Below are positions 39,260 to 46,585 of a stretch of DNA of 49,408 nucleotides, piece after piece. Source of the DNA: an uncultured virus (IMG/VR IMGVR_UViG_3300032167_007731) (Duplodnaviria > Heunggongvirae > Uroviricota > Caudoviricetes); IMG/VR virus record IMGVR_UViG_3300032167_007731; one strand, 5' to 3'. Below the pieces are notes generated by a model. It did not search any database. It saw nothing but the letters and a program-made list of their open reading frames with translations, and was not told the origin of the DNA. The position numbers were made by a program, and so were the translations under genes. How positions within the stretch are numbered: the first letter of the stretch is position 1; each line of letters starts with the position of its first letter.

Positions 39260-41344
39260 TTAAAATTCAGCAGGTGTTTCTTCCTCATTCTTTTTAATTT
39301 CAACACCTGTCTTAAATATATTAGTTTTTGCAATATCTTGTGGTATAAGCATCTTAACTATACCATATTTGCTTCTGTCCAAACCACACAAAAATGCGTG
39401 TGTATATAAAGATTCTGAATAACTACTAGATTGATTATCATAATCATCTTTCTTAGCAGAAGATAATAAATCCATTTCATATTTCATTCTTGGTATAGAA
39501 AGTCTATCACAAAATTCTGCTCTTACCTTTTCATCACCTATTGCACCAGCCAAAAATGAAGTAATATTACCAAAAACACCAAATCTATCATCATCTAATA
39601 ATTCTTTAACAACATTAGTAATAATTATATTAACATCACCTAATTTACGACCACCTGTAAGAGCTACACCTAAAGTCTTATCTGAATCAGGAAATTTACC
39701 CCAACGCTGAAACTCTTCCCAAAGTTTGAAATTGAATTTTCCTTGTGATTTACTAAATATTGAACGCTGATGACTTAACTGTGCAGCACTTAATTGCATA
39801 AGAGCCAACTGAACCTCATCAATAGATTGAGGAGATTTACCTGCCATACCAAAAGAACAAATAATTAAATCAGAATCTATAATTTCACCTATTCTAATTC
39901 TATCCTTAAAAAGTGCTGAACGGGTACCATCTTCTTCAAAGTATTTACTTACAACTGCAATAGACTGTTTTACTGCATCTGAATACTCATCATTATCTCT
40001 AAATCTCTCTAATCTTAATAATGTGTCATAAACATCAAATAATGTTAAATTTTTAGATAAATGCCATGTATATGGACTTTCTGTTACACCAGCATCCTTA
40101 TAAGTTTCAGTTACAGCATCATTTAATACTGTATCTATCCATATATTTTCATTATAAGTTCTACCTAATAAAACCTTAAAAATAGATAATGTAAAGTTTA
40201 TTGACATTTGTTTAGCATCTTTATCTATATCAGGTAATCCTGTTGGTTCTGCTATTTCCATAGGGTCAAAATACTTACCGTCACCTTCACCCATATTTAT
40301 TATATTCACCTTACTATGATGACTAACTACATTAGCCAATGGTATATATTCAAAACCCTCTATATCCATTATTGTTCCATTATAACCCAATGCCAATAAT
40401 TGTAATAATAAAGCCTTTACCAAAAATGATTTACCACCACCTGTTTCAGCAGTAACTAACCAGTTTTCAGCAGTATCTTCTTTTGGTTTTACTTTTTTCA
40501 AAACAGGAAACTTTGAATAAATATCTGTTCCAAAATACACACCTGAAAAACCTAATGTTCCTTGTGTATAAGAATTAAATCTTGATAACAATTCATCTGT
40601 TAAAACATAAGAAGGTACAGTACCAACTATATTTTTATTAGGAGAATTATTAAAAGGACTATAATACTCTAATGTATCAGGTATTTCATACATAATCCTT
40701 GTCAAAGTTAAACCTATATGCTTTGCATATTCTTCTATTAATTTAACAGAGTCATCAAAATCTTCACCACGTTTACCTGATATTATCATAAACTCTGTAT
40801 TCTTAAATAATGACCTACCCCTTGTTTTATCCGCTTCTGATAAATATAAGAGTGAGTCTTCAATCCATCTCTGCTTACTTAAATCTTTAATATTCTTATG
40901 CATATTATAAGCGTCTATCTCTTTTTCATCACTTTCTTCTCTAACTTGACGTAATATTCTTAAACGTGACTGCATTTGTGGAGATTCCCAAGCAATACTA
41001 TGTCTTCTTATATTATTTATAAAAGTAAGTCTAACACCATTTTTACATTCTCCACGTAATCTTTCTTTCCAATCAATATAAATTTCTTTAGGTAGTCTTG
41101 AAACAATATAATAAAAAGAAATATTTTCACCATCATAACTACCTAAAAAATCAATACCTAAAAAACCTGTTTCTTGTTCTATATATCTACATTTAGAACT
41201 CTCTTTATTTGCTAATTTGCAAAAAATTAGTTCATCATATAAATCTATAACATTTTTAACTTTTTCTTTAAAAGTGTATTTTCTCCTACCCCTTTTATCA
41301 TATTTTATTTTTTCTTCAGTAGAAGTACCATTATTCTTTTTCAC
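39260..41344 (-). CDS. virB4: VirB4-family T4SS ATPase
   Basis: GVYFGTD, NWLVTAETGGGKSF, IMDIEGFEY, FDPME, TLFDVY, LWEEFQ, GRKLG. Confidence 0.85.
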   Translation of the reverse strand: MKKNNGTSTEEKIKYDKRGRRKYTFKEKVKNVIDLYDELIFCKLANKESSKCRYIEQETGFLGIDFLGSYDGENISFYYIVSRLPKEIYIDWKERLRGECKNGVRLTFINNIRRHSIAWESPQMQSRLRILRQVREESDEKEIDAYNMHKNIKDLSKQRWIEDSLLYLSEADKTRGRSLFKNTEFMIISGKRGEDFDDSVKLIEEYAKHIGLTLTRIMYEIPDTLEYYSPFNNSPNKNIVGTVPSYVLTDELLSRFNSYTQGTLGFSGVYFGTDIYSKFPVLKKVKPKEDTAENWLVTAETGGGKSFLVKALLLQLLALGYNGTIMDIEGFEYIPLANVVSHHSKVNIINMGEGDGKYFDPMEIAEPTGLPDIDKDAKQMSINFTLSIFKVLLGRTYNENIWIDTVLNDAVTETYKDAGVTESPYTWHLSKNLTLFDVYDTLLRLERFRDNDEYSDAVKQSIAVVSKYFEEDGTRSALFKDRIRIGEIIDSDLIICSFGMAGKSPQSIDEVQLALMQLSAAQLSHQRSIFSKSQGKFNFKLWEEFQRWGKFPDSDKTLGVALTGGRKLGDVNIIITNVVKELLDDDRFGVFGNITSFLAGAIGDEKVRAEFCDRLSIPRMKYEMDLLSSAKKDDYDNQSSSYSESLYTHAFLCGLDRSKYGIVKMLIPQDIAKTNIFKTGVEIKKNEEETPAEF

Positions 41345-41384
41345 TTTTAAATCAACCCCTTTATTAATAAATTTATATGACTTT

Positions 41385-42683
41385 TTATAAACCTAATATT
41401 TTATCTAATTTTTCATATAATCCATCTGCACCCATACATCTTTCTGCATATTTATTTATTCTTAAGTTCTTACCTACATTTGTATCTGATTCTGGACCAT
41501 TACCTGCAAAACCTGGTATATGAGGCATAACTAAACTTGCCTTTGGACCAAATGTAGAAATAAAACATTTAGTAGGTTGCAAATTATATCTCTTAATATC
41601 AGAAATACCACTTACACCTGACATTTGAAGAACTTTTGCACCCTGAAGTAATGGAACATCACCATAAAACATATCTACAACTATCATTAAATCAACTCTT
41701 ACATTAAAAAATGAACTTAATATCTTATGTGTAGGTTCTGTAGTAACAAAAACTTCATTTTCAGCCTTAAATATTTGAGGCATATCAATAGTTTCCTTTG
41801 CTAATCTTGTCAAATTACTATATCTTGAAATCGTTAAAGGAAATGGGGGAACAGCCAACAATATTTTTGAAGTCTTTTGCTTTGCCATTTTCAAATAATG
41901 CTGATAAGCAATCAAAAATGACATTAAATATCTACAAGGACCATAACATCTTATATACAGAGTTTTTGGTGCTACATTTGGAACTGTATATGTTGGAAAA
42001 CGATATAAAGTGTTTGCACCTGTATTACCTGACGCTACCATAGCCTTTTTCAATTCCTCTGATAAAGATTCAATCTCACCTGTAAGATTTTCATGCTTAT
42101 CCTGCAAATCACCTATTATTTGAGAAGTTTTATTAAACATCTCAACCAAACCAACATTTACATCATCTGTTCTTACAAGAGAAGTCTCTACTTTACTTAC
42201 TGTTTCTTCTAATGACTTTAACCATAAAGCATTTTTCTTTAACTTCTCAAGAGACTCACCACTCTCTTTTGATACAGTATTTACAAATTCTGAAAGTTTT
42301 TCTAAATATAAATTACCTGCTGGAACAGAAAAACCTGTATTCTTATATTCAGCTAATAAAAACTCTAATGTTTCTTCATCCTCCAGCATACTTTCACAAG
42401 TATCATTATTATAAATATCTGCGTCCATACCCGCAAATAAACTAAATATAATAGGATTTATATTTTCATTTATATATACTAATTTTTCAGGACCTTTACC
42501 TGATTTTCTTAAATCACCAAGTTTAGATAACTCCAAAGAAACTTTAACCTCTGATTCGATAGAATCACAATAAATTAAACAATCTACATTTCTCCATTTT
42601 ATACCATCTAGACTATTTTTCCATTCAAATTCAAGATAGTCATAACGCTTTTTACTTATTACCAATTTTTTCACTTTATTCAC
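41385..42683 (-). CDS. Hypothetical protein with central coiled coil
   Basis: 432 aa; overlaps the upstream gene stop; helical segment LQDKHENLTGEIESLSEELKK. Confidence 0.8.
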   Translation of the reverse strand: MNKVKKLVISKKRYDYLEFEWKNSLDGIKWRNVDCLIYCDSIESEVKVSLELSKLGDLRKSGKGPEKLVYINENINPIIFSLFAGMDADIYNNDTCESMLEDEETLEFLLAEYKNTGFSVPAGNLYLEKLSEFVNTVSKESGESLEKLKKNALWLKSLEETVSKVETSLVRTDDVNVGLVEMFNKTSQIIGDLQDKHENLTGEIESLSEELKKAMVASGNTGANTLYRFPTYTVPNVAPKTLYIRCYGPCRYLMSFLIAYQHYLKMAKQKTSKILLAVPPFPLTISRYSNLTRLAKETIDMPQIFKAENEVFVTTEPTHKILSSFFNVRVDLMIVVDMFYGDVPLLQGAKVLQMSGVSGISDIKRYNLQPTKCFISTFGPKASLVMPHIPGFAGNGPESDTNVGKNLRINKYAERCMGADGLYEKLDKILGL

Positions 42684-44694
42684 CTATCTTCCCTAATAAT
42701 TCTACTGTATTTTTTATTGTTCCTAATACATTTATTGAACTCCAATCATAACCATTTCTATAATCAAACAATGTTTCACCTAATGCTCTCAATAAACCAC
42801 TAAATTTTTGAACATTTCCTCTGCGACCTATTACAAAATTTGCTTTTGAATATAGCTCTGACATCATATTTTCATCTTTACAGCTACAACTTAACATAGT
42901 TAATAAATTAGTTATACCTATTTGGTCGTCCTCTGCACAAATAACAACATTGGACAAATGCAACAAAGTATCCAATAAATATAAATTTTCCAAAGGACAA
43001 TCTACAATAACTGTTGTAAAAAATGTCTGCCTCGCCAACAATGACTGAACTAATGACATTTGTTCATCAGAAACATACTCACCATAATCACCTAATAAAC
43101 AATTAAAACCACCTTTTCTATACTGATAAATGAGGTTAGGTAATATTCTCAATTCTTTTAAATGATTTATTCCATCTCTAACGTGTTCAGGCTCATTTGA
43201 AATATCATCAATATCTAAATACCCTAAACAACCATGTCTCATTCTGTCAAAATCCACATATAAAACATTTTCAGTTCTTGCACACAAATTTGCTAAATTT
43301 AATGATAGTTTAGTAGAGCCCACTCTTCTATCCCCTGTTATTATTATAGTTCTTATACCATTCTTGCTTCTAAATGGATTTGAGCCTACTGTTACTATTT
43401 TTTCTCTAACTACTTCTTTTACAACCTCTACCTCTTTTACCTCTGTTACAACTTTTACATTACTATTATCATAGTCTTTCTGCATAGACTCCAAATCAAC
43501 GTCATCTGCAATTTCAATCATTTCATCCTCAATTTCTTCTATATATTCTTGTTTTACAATAGAAGACTCTGTATCATCATCATAAGTGAAATTAATATTT
43601 TGCGCTGAACTTTTTACTTTATCAAAATCTGGTGATTTAACTTCTATATTATTTGGACTTTCTTCTACTTCTTCAAATTTTTCATTTTCTTCCACTTCAT
43701 TATCTATATTCCAATTATTTTCCTCTTCTACTTCTTCTGATTTTTCCAAACTAAATCCTAATTTAATTGGAGTATATTCTTCTTCAATATCCTCTACACC
43801 ACTATTTACTGTATCTTCTTGAGAAATAAAATCTGCTTGTTTTTCTTGATAATTATTAGTATCATTATTAAATAAATCATTATTTAAATTATTATTATCT
43901 ATTTCATTAAAAAACGCTTCTTCCTCTTCAAAACCTGTATTATCTGTCTGATTTAAAGCGTCATCAAAAACAGTATATTCTATATCATCCTCAAAATTAG
44001 GATTTTCCACAATAGATTCATTATTAAAAGGACTTTCAATTTGAGAAGAAAATTCATCTACACCTTGACCTTGACCTATAGGTTTTAAGTCATCTTTCAA
44101 TATTTTTTCATTCTTCTGCTTTGGTTTTGCACCAAATAATCTTGCAACAAACCCCCTATTATCTTTCTTTTCATCTACTTTTTTAGGAGGTATATAGCCT
44201 GGTATTTGAGAATTATCCACTACTTGATTATTTGTATCTTCTAATTCTTCAGGATATTCCACAACAGACTCTACTTTCTTTTTATATAAATTATTATCAT
44301 ATTTTTTCTGCAAGGCTGGTAAATCCATAGATGCAAAATCTATTATTGTCTTTGCACTCATACTCTTGCCAAACATAAAATGAGCACAATTTGCACCACC
44401 CAATAATTGAGATAAGAAATCCACAGTATCCTCATCAAAAGAAATAGTTAATATTTTCATAGCTGGATATGCTGCTAATATAAAATCAACAAAAGCATAA
44501 ACATCATTATCATCTATACTTTCTATACCATTCTGTAACAATATCATTCTATGTGCATCAATAGAATGAGAAGCAGTAACCATTCTAAATTCTTCTGTAT
44601 CTTTATAACCCATTACATTAATATCATCAAATGCTTCATTCAATGTATTTGCTATTTTTACAGGGTCTTTACCACCTATCAAAACCAAATTCAT
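42676..44694 (-). CDS. MinD/CpaE(TadZ)-like protein: receiver-like N-domain, acidic linker, degenerate P-loop domain
   Basis: C-terminal IIITGDRRVGSTKLSLNLA, VLYVDFD, VIVDCP match MinD/ParA layout. Confidence 0.65.
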   Translation of the reverse strand: MNLVLIGGKDPVKIANTLNEAFDDINVMGYKDTEEFRMVTASHSIDAHRMILLQNGIESIDDNDVYAFVDFILAAYPAMKILTISFDEDTVDFLSQLLGGANCAHFMFGKSMSAKTIIDFASMDLPALQKKYDNNLYKKKVESVVEYPEELEDTNNQVVDNSQIPGYIPPKKVDEKKDNRGFVARLFGAKPKQKNEKILKDDLKPIGQGQGVDEFSSQIESPFNNESIVENPNFEDDIEYTVFDDALNQTDNTGFEEEEAFFNEIDNNNLNNDLFNNDTNNYQEKQADFISQEDTVNSGVEDIEEEYTPIKLGFSLEKSEEVEEENNWNIDNEVEENEKFEEVEESPNNIEVKSPDFDKVKSSAQNINFTYDDDTESSIVKQEYIEEIEDEMIEIADDVDLESMQKDYDNSNVKVVTEVKEVEVVKEVVREKIVTVGSNPFRSKNGIRTIIITGDRRVGSTKLSLNLANLCARTENVLYVDFDRMRHGCLGYLDIDDISNEPEHVRDGINHLKELRILPNLIYQYRKGGFNCLLGDYGEYVSDEQMSLVQSLLARQTFFTTVIVDCPLENLYLLDTLLHLSNVVICAEDDQIGITNLLTMLSCSCKDENMMSELYSKANFVIGRRGNVQKFSGLLRALGETLFDYRNGYDWSSINVLGTIKNTVELLGKIGE

Positions 44695-44706
44695 ACTATC
44701 ACCTCA

Positions 44707-45987
44707 TTAAAATAACTCTATTTCTTCATCTTCATCAAAAGTATTATTATTTTTAACAACCTTATTTTCATTAGGTTCTTCTATAAAAGTTTCCTCAAAC
44801 TGTTCTGAATTATCTACATAATCCATATTATTATTATCTTGATAAACTTCTTGTTGATTATCAAATTGTTCTGAATACTGTTCTTTATACTGCTCTTTTT
44901 GATATTCAGTATTATTTACATATTCATCACCAAACAATTCTATTTCTTCATTATCCCTCAATTTACCTAGCATCTTATCTTTTCTTGTCTTACGCTTTAC
45001 TTTACTACTACGCAAATTCTTTTCAGCTTCTCTTGTTGCTCTTTCAGCCTCTTTTTCTTCTCTTGTCTTATTAAGTATCTTCTTTTCATCTCCACGCTGA
45101 ACCCAAATTGGTGTTAAATAATAAGAGCCACCCAAATCTGAAAACAACTTTTCACTTGCATAATTAACAGAAAACTTTTCTAAATTAAAAACTGATTTTA
45201 CTAATTCAGATACACCATCTTTATCCAATATTCTATATCTGATATAATTTGCTTCTAGAAAAGCGTCTATTACTACTTCCAGTTCATCATAAAACAATTC
45301 ATCTTTACCATTATAGTAAAAACAATATACGTCATAAGAGGCATAGGAATGTTGCATAATACCTTCTACATTATCAAAAATTCTTGTTAAAACTTCACTC
45401 AAAATAGGATTTTCAGCACTTTTTGCCATATCAAATAATTGATTTACCCTATCATCTTTTCCTACTGTATCCATATAATCAATATGCATACAATCAATAT
45501 TTCTTTTATACATTTGCCTATATGCTTCTGCTATAGCTTCATAATGATAATATTCATTATCCTCAGACCTACCTACTATAACATCTTTTTCAAACATTAC
45601 AAAAACAGCTTTTAACCCATTTGCAAACCTACAAATATGAGGATATGTATTAGACACTTCATATATATTCCAAAATGTACTATAGGGATATTTGTACTCT
45701 TTTTCCAATAACTCTTTTCTTTTTTTCATAAAATAATACTCTCTTAATATTATAAAACGAGCAAATGTAGAAACGCATAAAAAAGAAATAACAACATACA
45801 ATATTTTTTGAAAAAGTGTCAAATCCACAAAAAAACATAATATTGCTGTTAAAAACCATACAAATAAACAAAGACCAGCTAATAAAAATTTATCATTACC
45901 TAAACCACCTGGCTTTGAAACACTATCAAATGTTACAGGTATTTCTATATATAAATTATCTTTTTTTGGTATCAAGCAAAACACCAC
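44707..45987 (-). CDS. Two-TM protein heading the VirB4 operon (PrgI/VirB3-like, tentative)
   Basis: Two adjacent N-terminal TM helices, soluble domain, acidic tail; position upstream of virB4. Confidence 0.5.
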   Translation of the reverse strand: MVFCLIPKKDNLYIEIPVTFDSVSKPGGLGNDKFLLAGLCLFVWFLTAILCFFVDLTLFQKILYVVISFLCVSTFARFIILREYYFMKKRKELLEKEYKYPYSTFWNIYEVSNTYPHICRFANGLKAVFVMFEKDVIVGRSEDNEYYHYEAIAEAYRQMYKRNIDCMHIDYMDTVGKDDRVNQLFDMAKSAENPILSEVLTRIFDNVEGIMQHSYASYDVYCFYYNGKDELFYDELEVVIDAFLEANYIRYRILDKDGVSELVKSVFNLEKFSVNYASEKLFSDLGGSYYLTPIWVQRGDEKKILNKTREEKEAERATREAEKNLRSSKVKRKTRKDKMLGKLRDNEEIELFGDEYVNNTEYQKEQYKEQYSEQFDNQQEVYQDNNNMDYVDNSEQFEETFIEEPNENKVVKNNNTFDEDEEIELF

Positions 45988-46036
45988 CTTTATTTTACTT
46001 AATCTATAATAATTTTATATGCTTAAATAACTATAA

Positions 46037-46046
46037 TATATGTCCA
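46037..46046 (-). promoter_or_regulatory. Recurring upstream motif variant TGGACATATA
   Basis: Between a terminator and the transfer operon start (50 nt upstream). Confidence 0.45.
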
Positions 46047-46103
46047 TAAATTTTAATATTTTGCACATTTTTTTATTTACATGCTTTTTTTATTTAAAAT
46101 AAT

Positions 46104-46130
46104 TTAAGGCTTGATAATATCAAGCCTTGA
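46104..46130 (-). terminator. Probable terminator hairpin
   Basis: AAGGCTTGA-loop-TCAAGCCTT right after the 46135 stop. Confidence 0.65.
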
Positions 46131-46134
46131 ATTT

Positions 46135-46515
46135 TTATTTTTCTGTTGTATCTATATACTCTGTTTCATCTTTACCTATACCGTTTATTTTAAATTCTAT
46201 AACATCTTCACAATAAATATAATTTTCTTCTAATAATTTTTCAAAATTATCAATTAAACTATCTAATTCTTTTTCTTTAATATCTTCCATATCTTCAATA
46301 TTTAATTTTTCACCATCTATACAAGGTCTTTCCATCAAAACCATATTTTCTATTTCTACATCTACTAATTTACTTGAAGGAATCTCTAATAATGCTTCTA
46401 CAAATTCATCTGAGTCAGTTAAATCATCCATTTCAGTAAACCCCTCATAAAATATTTCTTCTCTTTCTTCTGTAAAAATAGTAACCACACTAAACTTTTT
46501 CATTTTATAAAACAC
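46135..46515 (-). CDS. Small acidic hypothetical protein
   Basis: 126 aa; GAGGTG RBS suggests the real start is the ATG at 46503; flanked by two hairpins. Confidence 0.75.
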   Translation of the reverse strand: MFYKMKKFSVVTIFTEEREEIFYEGFTEMDDLTDSDEFVEALLEIPSSKLVDVEIENMVLMERPCIDGEKLNIEDMEDIKEKELDSLIDNFEKLLEENYIYCEDVIEFKINGIGKDETEYIDTTEK

Positions 46516-46540
46516 CTCACAAACTAAAAATAAAAGTTTA

Positions 46541-46576
46541 ATATATGTTGTAGGATTTAAACCCTACAACATATAT
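46541..46576 (-). terminator. Probable terminator hairpin
   Basis: 14-bp perfect inverted repeat ATATATGTTGTAGG/CCTACAACATATAT after the 46586 stop. Confidence 0.7.
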
Positions 46577-46585
46577 CACTATAAA

